This document shows positions 1 through 8,033 of a stretch of 17,801 nt of DNA, in pieces. A program made the translations under genes and the position numbers. The DNA is from Nitrospinota bacterium (GTDB lineage: Bacteria > UBA8248). Position 1 is the first letter of the stretch. Every line of letters begins with the position of its first letter. A model generated the notes under the pieces. The model made no database searches. It was given only the letters and a program-made list of their open reading frames with translations, and was not told the DNA's origin. The stretch covers positions 1 to 17,801 of the forward strand of contig JAYGFR010000045.1 of the NCBI GenBank assembly GCA_046581755.1. The letters are read 5' to 3'.

Positions 1-148
1 GGGCAGGATAGGTTGGAATTTCAGCCACCCATTTTCGATGCCCGGCGCTTCGATCCCGTCCGGAGGACGGCCGGATGGAGTGGGACGGGAAGAGATGCCC
101 CTCCCGCGAACCTCCCCGCATTTCCTGTGGTGGTTCCCGGGGGCTCAT
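1..148 (-). CDS. Possible 5' portion of a gene running off the left edge (product uncertain)
   Basis: Minus-strand frame from ATG at 148 (or ATG at 121) is open to position 1: MSPREPPQEMRGGSREGHLFPSHSIRPSSGRDRSAGHRKWVAEIPTYPA. It lies downstream of and co-oriented with thiI. The end (WVAEIPTYPA) loosely resembles N-termini of HisC-type aminotransferases but is not diagnostic. Confidence 0.2.
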   Translation of the reverse strand, partial: MSPREPPQEMRGGSREGHLFPSHSIRPSSGRDRSAGHRKWVAEIPTYPA

Positions 149-316
149 GCGCTAAATTTCCCCGAAGTGGAAATTGCGCCACGGAAATTGCGGATGGAGA
201 GCCGAGACGATGATGGGGACAGCGGAAAGATGGACGGCGGGCGCGGGGGCATTAAATGGGCGCGCAGCCCATTCGGGTTTCCAGGGTTTGAGGGAGTTTA
301 CCGCGAACTCGTTCTA

Positions 317-1576
317 TTAAGGTTCCGCGCCCTCTTTCACCGCTTCCGGATGGACCTCAAAGAACGGCCTGGTGACGGCCCGTTTTCCAGGGGCGATTTC
401 GAGGACCTCGCTCTCGGCGAGCGCGCGGCCGATCATGGCGTCCACCGGCATTGCCGATTCGATGCGGCGAAGGTGTACGGCCTTGGAGCGGGTGGCCGGG
501 TGTTTGGGCACGAACAGGGAGCAGCAGTCCTGGTCGGGCTCGATGGAGATTTCGAAGCTGCCCATCGCCTTGGCCTCGGCGATGATCTCCTCCTTGTCCA
601 TGCCGACGAGGGGCCGGAGCATGGGGATCGAGACGGCCTCCTCGATGGCGGCCATGTTCGAGAGGGTCTGACTGGCGACCTGGGCGAGGCTCTCGCCGGT
701 GACGATGGCGGTGGCGCCCTCGAGGGCGGCGATGCGCTCGGTGATGCGGGCCATGAACCGCCTGTAGAGGACGACGCGCTCGGCCCCCGGGGACGTGAGC
801 ACGATGTCTTTTTGCAGCGTGCCGAAGGGGATGAGGTAGAGGCGGCTGCCCATCTGGTGGGCGTCGAGTATCTCGGCGAGGTCGAGGGCCTTCTCGGCCG
901 AGACGCGGCTCAGGTAGGGCGCGCCGTGGAAGTGGACGAAGACCACCTCGCAGCCGCGCTTCATCATCCGGCGGACGGCGACGGGGGAGTCGATCCCCCC
1001 CGAGAGCATGGCGGCGACCTTGCCGCTCGACCCGACGGGCAGCCCGCCCGGGCCGGGGATCTTCTCGGCGTAGACGATGGCCCGATCCCGGAGGGCCTCG
1101 ATGCGGACGGTGAGGGCGGGATCGCTCAAGTTCACCGGTAGGTGCCGGCGCGCCTGGATGCGCGCGCCGATGGCGGGGTCCCACTCGCGGGCGCTGGCCC
1201 GGACGCCTTTGTGCTCCCGGCGGGTGCGCACGGCAAAGCTCGTAATGCGCATCGGTGCGATCATGCCCAGGACGCCCTCGGCCACCGTGTCCAGGTCGAG
1301 GGTGAACTTTTGGGCCCGGGCGAAGTAGGCGAGCCCGAACACGCGGCCCAGCGCATCGCGCAGGCCCTCCCAGTCGGTGTCTTCGTTCATTTCGAGGAGG
1401 AGGCGCCCGGAGAGCTTTTGGACCCGGCCGGTTCGGTGCGGCCGCGCGGCCTGCTCGACCCGCCGGACGAGGCGCTGGATGAAATGGGGGCGATTTTTCC
1501 CCTTCAGGCCGATCTCGTTGTAGTGGAGGATGACGCAGTCGGCCGTCCTGTTCGCGGACGAGGGTTCCTGGTTCAT
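317..1576 (-). CDS. thiI: tRNA 4-thiouridine(8) synthase ThiI (THUMP + PP-loop, no C-terminal rhodanese domain), 419 aa
   Basis: HYNEIGLKGKNRPHF N-terminus, GPGGLPVGSSGK, PP-loop SGGIDSPVA, GESLAQVASQTL, RPLVGMDKEEII and DQDCCSLF. Start reassigned to ATG 1576 (MNQEPSS), which overlaps the upstream gene's stop (ATGA). The ORF-track extension to 2017 is spurious. Confidence 0.95.
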   Translation of the reverse strand: MNQEPSSANRTADCVILHYNEIGLKGKNRPHFIQRLVRRVEQAARPHRTGRVQKLSGRLLLEMNEDTDWEGLRDALGRVFGLAYFARAQKFTLDLDTVAEGVLGMIAPMRITSFAVRTRREHKGVRASAREWDPAIGARIQARRHLPVNLSDPALTVRIEALRDRAIVYAEKIPGPGGLPVGSSGKVAAMLSGGIDSPVAVRRMMKRGCEVVFVHFHGAPYLSRVSAEKALDLAEILDAHQMGSRLYLIPFGTLQKDIVLTSPGAERVVLYRRFMARITERIAALEGATAIVTGESLAQVASQTLSNMAAIEEAVSIPMLRPLVGMDKEEIIAEAKAMGSFEISIEPDQDCCSLFVPKHPATRSKAVHLRRIESAMPVDAMIGRALAESEVLEIAPGKRAVTRPFFEVHPEAVKEGAEP

Positions 1577-1950
1577 TCGACTCTCTCGATGCGGATTTCG
1601 GCGCCGCCCGGAACGCCGAGGAAGGCTTTCGCGTCCCCGGCGACCCGCCCCAGGGGGTTCACTGGGCTCGCCGCGCGGGGGGCATCGCCCGTGCTGGCCG
1701 GGGTTTTGCCGAAGAAGATGCAAAAGGCCTTGCCCGGGGGCCAGTAGGCGATCTCGCCCGGCTCCATCTCCTCGCGGGCGGAGGGCTCGGCGGGGGCCTC
1801 GAGGGGGATGGCGAAGTAGATCTCCTCGCCCCAGAGGCTGGCCCGGCCCTGGATAGGCAGGGTCTCCCAGAGCAGGGCGGCCGTGGGGGCCTCCAGAAGA
1901 TGGGCCTCCATTTCGACCTCTCCGGCCGTGATTCGAATTTTCTGCGTCAT
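1573..1950 (-). CDS. Cyclophilin-like fold protein (TM1367/AF2241-like), 125 aa
   Basis: Characteristic APTA..LWETLPI, WGEEIYF.IP, GEIAYWPPGKAFCIFFGKTPAS and AASPVNPLGRV motifs. Confidence 0.85.
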   Translation of the reverse strand: MTQKIRITAGEVEMEAHLLEAPTAALLWETLPIQGRASLWGEEIYFAIPLEAPAEPSAREEMEPGEIAYWPPGKAFCIFFGKTPASTGDAPRAASPVNPLGRVAGDAKAFLGVPGGAEIRIERVE

Positions 1951-2046
1951 GACTTCTTTCCCGGTTGGCCGCGGCGAAAGTGGCTGGTAATGTAGCGGAC
2001 ATGGGGCGGGGAGTCACGCTGGGGAGGATGGGCCGCGCGGGCGGCC

Positions 2047-2075
2047 TTGACAGCGTTCCCTTGCGCTTTGAAAAT
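2047..2075 (+). promoter_or_regulatory. Candidate sigma70 promoter for the ispB-like gene
   Basis: Perfect TTGACA (2047-2052), 17-bp spacer, then GAAAAT (2070-2075; weak -10), within the divergent intergenic region 1951-2157. Confidence 0.35.
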
Positions 2076-2157
2076 GCCCGGCTTGTGTGTATTTATGCGG
2101 CCCAGGGCGATTTTCACTTGATATTTTTGGCTGGGGTTTTGGGGCTCCGGAGGAACG

Positions 2158-3135
2158 ATGAAGTTTTTCGAAATTGTTGAAAACCTCTCCGCCGATTTGG
2201 AGCGCGTCGAGGAGGCCATCCGGGATAATTTCCGGTCCGACGTTGTCCTGATCCCGGACGTTAGCGGCCATCTAAGCGGTTCGGGCGGAAAGCGCATCCG
2301 GCCCCTATTGCTGCTCCTCGCCGCGAGGGCCTGCGGCTACGAGGGCCCGCGCGCAATCATCCACAGCGTCGTCGTCGAGTTCATCCACACGGCCACCCTC
2401 CTGCACGATGACGTGGTGGACGGGGCCGAGGTGCGGCGGGGAAACCTTTCGGCGAACTCGAAGTGGGGAAACGAGGCCAGCGTCCTGGTGGGCGATTTTC
2501 TTTTCGCCCGGAGCTTTTCGATGATGGCCCAGGACGGAAACGCCGAGATCATCAAAACCATGTCCGACGCCTGTACGCTCCTCTCGGAGGGCGAGGTGCT
2601 TCAGCTCGTCAACATGTACAATGTCCGGCTCACCGAAGAAGATTACCTGGATGTGATTTACCGCAAGACTGCCGCCCTGATCGCGTCGTGCTGCCGGGTG
2701 GGTGCGCTGCTCGGGGAGGGCTCGCCCCCGATCGTGGACGTCATGAATCAGTTCGGCTCCAAGGTCGGCTACGCGTTCCAGCTGGTGGACGATGCGCTGG
2801 ACTACATGGGCGATGAAAACAAGACGGGCAAGGAGGCCGGGAAGGATCTGCGCGAGGGAAACGTCACGATGCCCCTTCTTCGCCTGTGCGCCTCGGCCAC
2901 ACCGGCCGAGTTCGAACGGGTCAGCCAGTTCGTCGTCCATTCCGATGCCATCACGCCAGAGGATTTCAGCGATGTCCTCGGGTTGATTGAAAAATACGGG
3001 ACGATTTCCTACACCCTCGACAGAGCTAGAAGCTACGTCGAGGCGGCCAAGTCGGCGCTCTCGGCCCTTCCCGACTCCACCCACGTCGATGCCCTCCGTG
3101 CCATCGCCGACTACATCGTGGAACGGGATTATTAA
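2158..3135 (+). CDS. ispB: Long-chain trans-polyprenyl diphosphate synthase (octaprenyl-diphosphate synthase-like)
   Basis: GGKRIRP, first Asp-rich motif ATLLHDDVVD..RRG with a small residue at -5 (long-chain type), VLVGDFL, KTAAL, second motif FQLVDDALD and GKDLREG. GGAGG RBS upstream. Confidence 0.9.
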   Translation: MKFFEIVENLSADLERVEEAIRDNFRSDVVLIPDVSGHLSGSGGKRIRPLLLLLAARACGYEGPRAIIHSVVVEFIHTATLLHDDVVDGAEVRRGNLSANSKWGNEASVLVGDFLFARSFSMMAQDGNAEIIKTMSDACTLLSEGEVLQLVNMYNVRLTEEDYLDVIYRKTAALIASCCRVGALLGEGSPPIVDVMNQFGSKVGYAFQLVDDALDYMGDENKTGKEAGKDLREGNVTMPLLRLCASATPAEFERVSQFVVHSDAITPEDFSDVLGLIEKYGTISYTLDRARSYVEAAKSALSALPDSTHVDALRAIADYIVERDY

Positions 3136-3191
3136 ACCCGCACGGTGAACATCCTGTCTTTTCTCGCAGCGATACAACCCCGGAAACCGAA

Positions 3192-3791
3192 ATGATCGAG
3201 ATGCATCGTCCGCTCGTGTTGGCCTCGGCCTCACCCCGCCGCAAGGAGCTATTGGAGAGCGCTGGAGTTTCCTTCGAAGTGGTGGCGGCGCCCCCTGGAG
3301 AAGAAGACGGCGTGGACCCTTCCCTTTCGCCGGGAGAGGGGGCGGCGACGCGCGCGCTGGCCAAGGCGTCCTGGGCGGCCGCCCGGAGGCCGGAGGCCGC
3401 GGTGCTGGGAGCGGACACCGTGGTCGTGCTGGAAGGGGAGGTGCTCGGAAAGCCCGCCGATCCTGCGGACGCCCGCCGAATGCTCGCCCGCCTGTCCGGA
3501 CGTACCCACCGGGTTCTGACCGGCTTCGCGGTGGTGGTGAACTGTTCGGGCCGGACCTGGGTGGTCGAGACCGATGTGAGCTTCCGCGCGTTGGACGAGG
3601 CATCCATCGGACGCTATGTTGATGGCGGAGAATCCATGGACAAGGCGGGCGCCTATGCGATTCAAGGCGCCGGAGGCCACCTCGTCGATCGGGTGACGGG
3701 GAGCTACACGAATGTCGTCGGGCTTCCCCTCCCCGAGGTGCTGGCGGCGCTGGCCGATTGCGGTGTGCTGACCGGTCCCGGCACCGGCTAG
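3192..3791 (+). CDS. maf: Maf family nucleoside triphosphate pyrophosphatase (YhdE-like, dTTP/UTP)
   Basis: LVLASASPRRKELL, GADTVV, LGKP, LSGRTHRVLTG, DKAGAYAIQG and GSYTNVVGLP. The start could alternatively be ATG 3201. Confidence 0.93.
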   Translation: MIEMHRPLVLASASPRRKELLESAGVSFEVVAAPPGEEDGVDPSLSPGEGAATRALAKASWAAARRPEAAVLGADTVVVLEGEVLGKPADPADARRMLARLSGRTHRVLTGFAVVVNCSGRTWVVETDVSFRALDEASIGRYVDGGESMDKAGAYAIQGAGGHLVDRVTGSYTNVVGLPLPEVLAALADCGVLTGPGTG

Positions 3792-3803
3792 AAGGAGGAG
3801 AGG

Positions 3804-4973
3804 ATGCGTTTCGCAGGGCGAATGGATTTGCTGAAGACGGAAAGCTCTTTCGTCGTCCTGGCCAAGGCCAAGGAACTCGAGCGCCAGGGCCGCGATATCG
3901 TCCATCTCGAGATCGGCGACACCGACTTCGATACCCCGGCGAACATCGTCGGCGAAGCCTACGCCCAGCTTCAGGCCGGGCAGACGCATTACGCCCCTTC
4001 GGCCGGGTTGCTCGAGCTGCGCGAGGCGTGCTGCGAGTTTTTCAGGCGGATGGGCCGGGGTGAGTACGCGCCCGATGAGATCGTCGTCGGAACGGGCGGC
4101 AAGCCTTTCCTCTACTATACGATCATGGCTTTCGCCGGCCCGGACGACGAGGTCATCTACCCCGACCCCGGTTTCCCGGTGTATGAATCCGTCACCCTCT
4201 ACGCCGGGGCGAAGCCGGTTCCCCTGCCCATCCTCGAGGAGAACGACTTCCGTTTCACGACCGCCGATCTTCGCGAGCGCGTCACCGGGCGCACCCGGTT
4301 GCTCATTCTCAACTATCCGCACAACCCGACGGGCGGCACCCTAGCGCAGGCGGAGCTGGAGGAGATCGCCGAGATCGCCGTCGAAAACGATCTCATCGTT
4401 CTCTCCGACGAGGTGTACGCCCACATGCTCTTCGAGGGGGAGCATGTATCCCTCGCCACTCTTCCCGGGATGCGGGAGCGGACGATCATGCTCGAGACGT
4501 TCTCGAAGACCTACGCGATGACGGGCTGGCGGCTGGGTTTTGTGGCGGCCCCGGCCGGGATTGCCGATAAGCTGACACAGCTCATCACCAACTCGGTGAG
4601 CTGCGTGCCCCCCTTCATCCAGCTCGCGGGCGCCAGGGCTATCCTCGGGGATCAATCCGAGAGCCAGGCCATGATGGCCGACTTCAAGCGGCGCCGGGAC
4701 TTGTTCATCTCGGGCCTGAACGAGATTCCCGGTATTTCGTGCAAATCGCCCGACGGCGCTTTTTATGCCTTTCCCAACGTGAGTCAGGTGCCCATGCGGG
4801 CCGAGGAACTGTCGGATCATCTGCTGGATACGGCGGGTGTAGCGACGCTGCCGGGCTCGGCCTTCGGGATCCACGCGGCCAATCACCTGCGGATGTGCTT
4901 CGCCACCAGCGTGGAAAACCTGGAGAAAGCGCTCGACCGGATCGGGAGCGCCCTCACGGCGCTCGGGAAATGA
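3804..4973 (+). CDS. PLP-dependent class I/II aminotransferase (aspartate aminotransferase subgroup Ib-like)
   Basis: LEIGDTDFDTP, THYAPSAG, TGGK, NYPHNPTG, SDEVY, PLP-lysine motif FSKTYAMTGWRLG, GAFYAFP and LRMCFA. AGGAGGAG RBS. Confidence 0.93.
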   Translation: MRFAGRMDLLKTESSFVVLAKAKELERQGRDIVHLEIGDTDFDTPANIVGEAYAQLQAGQTHYAPSAGLLELREACCEFFRRMGRGEYAPDEIVVGTGGKPFLYYTIMAFAGPDDEVIYPDPGFPVYESVTLYAGAKPVPLPILEENDFRFTTADLRERVTGRTRLLILNYPHNPTGGTLAQAELEEIAEIAVENDLIVLSDEVYAHMLFEGEHVSLATLPGMRERTIMLETFSKTYAMTGWRLGFVAAPAGIADKLTQLITNSVSCVPPFIQLAGARAILGDQSESQAMMADFKRRRDLFISGLNEIPGISCKSPDGAFYAFPNVSQVPMRAEELSDHLLDTAGVATLPGSAFGIHAANHLRMCFATSVENLEKALDRIGSALTALGK

Positions 4974-5977
4974 GCCCCTCCCGCAAGAAAGTTCTTCCTC
5001 TCGTGTATCTTTCCCGGCGGTTCCGGCCGGGCAACTTTGACAAGCTCCGTGCCTTCTCCGATCTCTGCGTCCACGACCGGACCTCCGCGCCATCGGCCGC
5101 CACCTACCGGCGTGCGGCGCGGGACGCCGTTGCCGTCATTCCCATGGTGACGGATCCGATCGACGGGGCGTTCATGGACGGCGCTCCGCGTCTGCGCCTG
5201 GTCGCGAATTTCGGTGTCGGGTTCGAAAACATCGACCTGTCCGCCGCAGCAGAGCGCGGGATTCTGGCCACCAACACACCAAGCGCGGTCGTGGGTCCCA
5301 CGGCGGAATTGGCCATGGGGCTGCTCCTCGCCGTATGCCGGAGGATTCCAGAGGCGGACGCCTTTACGCGCGCGAAAAGTTGGGGGGAGTGGACTCCCTA
5401 TCTTCTGGAGGGAAAGAGCCTCGCGGACGGAACACTGGGCATCGTGGGCCTGGGCGGAATCGGTTCGGCTCTCGCACGGATGGCGGGCGGGTTCGGGATG
5501 AAGGTCCGCTACTGGAGCCGGAGGAGAAGAACCCGAAAAGAAGAATCGGCGCTGGGGGTCCGGTATCTTTCGCTAGGCCGCCTTCTCACCGAGTCGGATT
5601 TCGTTTCGCTGCACGTTGCCCTGAACGAGGAGACGCGCCACCTGATCGGAGAGCGGGAGCTTGCCCGGATGAAGGAGGGCGCGATCCTCATCAACACGGC
5701 GCGCGGGGCGGTGGTGGATGAGCGGGCGCTTGTCCGCGCCCTGCGCTCCGGGCATCTGGGGGGCGCGGGCCTGGATGTCTATGAGCGGGAGCCCATTCAA
5801 AAATCCCCTCTCTTCGGGATGAAAAACGTTGTGTTGCTCCCCCATGTCGGCACATCGACCGGCAAAGGGATAGAAGACATGGCCGATCGGGTGGTGGCGA
5901 ACGTGCGCGCGTGTCTGTCCGGGAAGCGCCCGCCCGATCTCCTGAACCCCGCGGCATGGCGCGTGCGGCGGCGCTGA
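4970..5977 (+). CDS. D-isomer-specific 2-hydroxyacid dehydrogenase (glyoxylate/hydroxypyruvate reductase GyaR/GhrB-like), 335 aa
   Basis: ANFGVGFENID, TNTP, GIVGLGGIG Rossmann motif and catalytic residues in INTARG, LDVYEREP and PHVG. Start reassigned to ATG 4970 (ATGA overlap with the aminotransferase stop). WSRR after the second beta strand (no Asp) suggests NADPH preference. Confidence 0.92.
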   Translation: MSPSRKKVLPLVYLSRRFRPGNFDKLRAFSDLCVHDRTSAPSAATYRRAARDAVAVIPMVTDPIDGAFMDGAPRLRLVANFGVGFENIDLSAAAERGILATNTPSAVVGPTAELAMGLLLAVCRRIPEADAFTRAKSWGEWTPYLLEGKSLADGTLGIVGLGGIGSALARMAGGFGMKVRYWSRRRRTRKEESALGVRYLSLGRLLTESDFVSLHVALNEETRHLIGERELARMKEGAILINTARGAVVDERALVRALRSGHLGGAGLDVYEREPIQKSPLFGMKNVVLLPHVGTSTGKGIEDMADRVVANVRACLSGKRPPDLLNPAAWRVRRR

Positions 5978-5996
5978 TATCGAAAAGGCGGCAATC

Positions 5997-8033
5997 TTGA
6001 ACCGGAAAAACAGCGGAAAAACCGTCCGCATCGGGGTGGACACGGGCGGCACATTCACCGATTTCATTCTTGTCAGCGGAGGCCGGGTGCATGTGCACAA
6101 GGTGCCCTCCACCCCGGACGATCCCGCCCGTGCCATCCTTCAGGGGCTCTCCGACCTTGTCGGAGATGAGGATTTCCAGGCGATCGATCTTACCCACGGC
6201 TCCACCGTGGCGACAAACGCCCTCCTCACCCGGAAGGGGGCCCGTACGGCGCTGATCACCACCGAGGGTTTCGAGGATGTCATCGAGATTGGCCGCCAGA
6301 ACCGAAAAGAACTCTACAACCTCGCCTACCGCAGGCCCCCGCCTCTCGTCCCGAGGCGGCTGCGGTTCGGGGTGAGGGAGCGCTTGGACGAGCGTGGCGG
6401 GGTGGTTACCCCGCTGGAGCGGAACGGCCTGAAGCCGCTGGCCGAAAAGCTCAAAAAGGCGGGGGTGGAGACCGCCGCCATCTGTTTTCTCCATTCCTAC
6501 GCCAACCCGGCACACGAGGAAGAGGTGGCCGAGGCGATCCGCCGGGCGGGCATTTCGGTCTCGCTCTCGAGCCGGGTTCTTCCCGAATACCGCGAGTACG
6601 AGCGAACGAGCACCACCTGCGTAAACGCCTACGTCTCGCCCCTCATGAGCCGCTATCTGGGCGATCTCGAGCGCGAGATGGGTCCCGGCCGCCTGCGGAT
6701 CATGCAGAGCAACGGCGGGGTCATCTCGGCGGGGACGGCCTCGCGCGAGGCGGTGCGGACCATCCTCTCGGGCCCGGCGGGGGGCGTCGTGGGCGGCTAC
6801 GAGGCGGCGCGCCTCGCGGGGCATGAAAACGCCATCTCCTTCGACATGGGGGGCACGAGCACGGACGTCTCCCTCCTCCGGGCGAGGATCGGATTCACAT
6901 CCGAGACCGAGGTGGCCGGATGTCCCATCCGGGTTCCGGTGATCGATATCCACACGGTCGGAGCGGGGGGTGGTTCGATCGCCCGGTGCGATCCCGGCGG
7001 CGCGCTCACGGTGGGGCCCGAGAGCGCTGGGGCCGACCCCGGGCCCATCTGCTATGGCAAGGGAAGCGAGGTCACCGTCACAGATGCGAACCTTTTCCTG
7101 GGCAGGCTCGATCCGGATCGATTCCTCGGCGGGCGGATGCGCCTCGATTCGAAGGCTGCGGGACGGGGGATTTCGAAGCTGGCCGCCTCTCTCGGCCTCA
7201 CCCCGGCTGGGACCGCCGAAGGGGTGATCCGGATCGCGGATCAGCACATGGCCGGGGCCATCCGCCTTATATCGGTCGAGCGGGGCCATGACCCGCGCAT
7301 TTTCGCGCTCGTATCCTTCGGCGGGGCCGGAGGGATGCACGCCTGCTCGCTGGCGCGGATTCTGAACATCCCCACCGTGATCGTTCCCAAGGACCCCGGT
7401 ATTTTGTCGGCCAGGGGGATGCTGACGGCGGATGTGGTCAAGGATTACGCCCGGACGGTTCTTCTCCCCGCCGAGGGGGCGGACGAGAAGACGCTCGGCC
7501 GTCATTTCCGAGCGATGCGCGCCGAGGCGGAGCGCGAGATGCGGGCCGAGGGATTTTCGAGGACGCGAATCGATCGCTACGCGGACATGAGATATCTGGG
7601 CCAATCCTACGAACTCACCATTCCGTTTCCCCGGGCTGTGGGACACACACTGCCCGCGCGGCTTCGCGCGGCCTTCGACGCGGCCCATCAGGAGCGCTTC
7701 GGCATCTCGAACCCGGAGCGCCCGGCCGAGATCGTCACGCTCAGGCTCCGGGCGTCGGGGCGGGTCCAAAAGCCCGCCTCGGGCTGGGCGGCGGGCGGCG
7801 GGCGGGACGGCTCGAAAGCCCTCGCCGGGCGGCGCGAGATGATTTTCGAGGGCAAAAAAACGAGGGGGCGCCTCTATGAGCGTGACCTTCTCCGGGCGGG
7901 GGACTGCTTCTCGGGGCCGGCGGTCGTGACCGAGTTCAGCGCGACGACCGTGGTGCCTCCCGGGGCGGTCTGCCGGGTGGACGAGCGGGGAAACCTGGTG
8001 CTCGGCGTGCAGGGCGGAAGGAGGCGCGGATGA
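5997..8033 (+). CDS. Hydantoinase A/5-oxoprolinase-family ATP-binding subunit (HyuA-like)
   Basis: GVDTGGTFTD, HGSTVATNALL, EYREYERTSTT, SGPAGGV, DMGGTSTDV, GAGGGSI, GPESAGADPGP and FGGAGGMHA. TTG start. Confidence 0.93.
   Translation: MNRKNSGKTVRIGVDTGGTFTDFILVSGGRVHVHKVPSTPDDPARAILQGLSDLVGDEDFQAIDLTHGSTVATNALLTRKGARTALITTEGFEDVIEIGRQNRKELYNLAYRRPPPLVPRRLRFGVRERLDERGGVVTPLERNGLKPLAEKLKKAGVETAAICFLHSYANPAHEEEVAEAIRRAGISVSLSSRVLPEYREYERTSTTCVNAYVSPLMSRYLGDLEREMGPGRLRIMQSNGGVISAGTASREAVRTILSGPAGGVVGGYEAARLAGHENAISFDMGGTSTDVSLLRARIGFTSETEVAGCPIRVPVIDIHTVGAGGGSIARCDPGGALTVGPESAGADPGPICYGKGSEVTVTDANLFLGRLDPDRFLGGRMRLDSKAAGRGISKLAASLGLTPAGTAEGVIRIADQHMAGAIRLISVERGHDPRIFALVSFGGAGGMHACSLARILNIPTVIVPKDPGILSARGMLTADVVKDYARTVLLPAEGADEKTLGRHFRAMRAEAEREMRAEGFSRTRIDRYADMRYLGQSYELTIPFPRAVGHTLPARLRAAFDAAHQERFGISNPERPAEIVTLRLRASGRVQKPASGWAAGGGRDGSKALAGRREMIFEGKKTRGRLYERDLLRAGDCFSGPAVVTEFSATTVVPPGAVCRVDERGNLVLGVQGGRRRG

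Noticed and set aside
38..1747. Long plus-strand ORFs (38-1141, 1142-1747) opposite thiI
   Set aside because: Antisense shadows of a well-supported gene, typical of high-GC codon bias, with no recognisable motifs.
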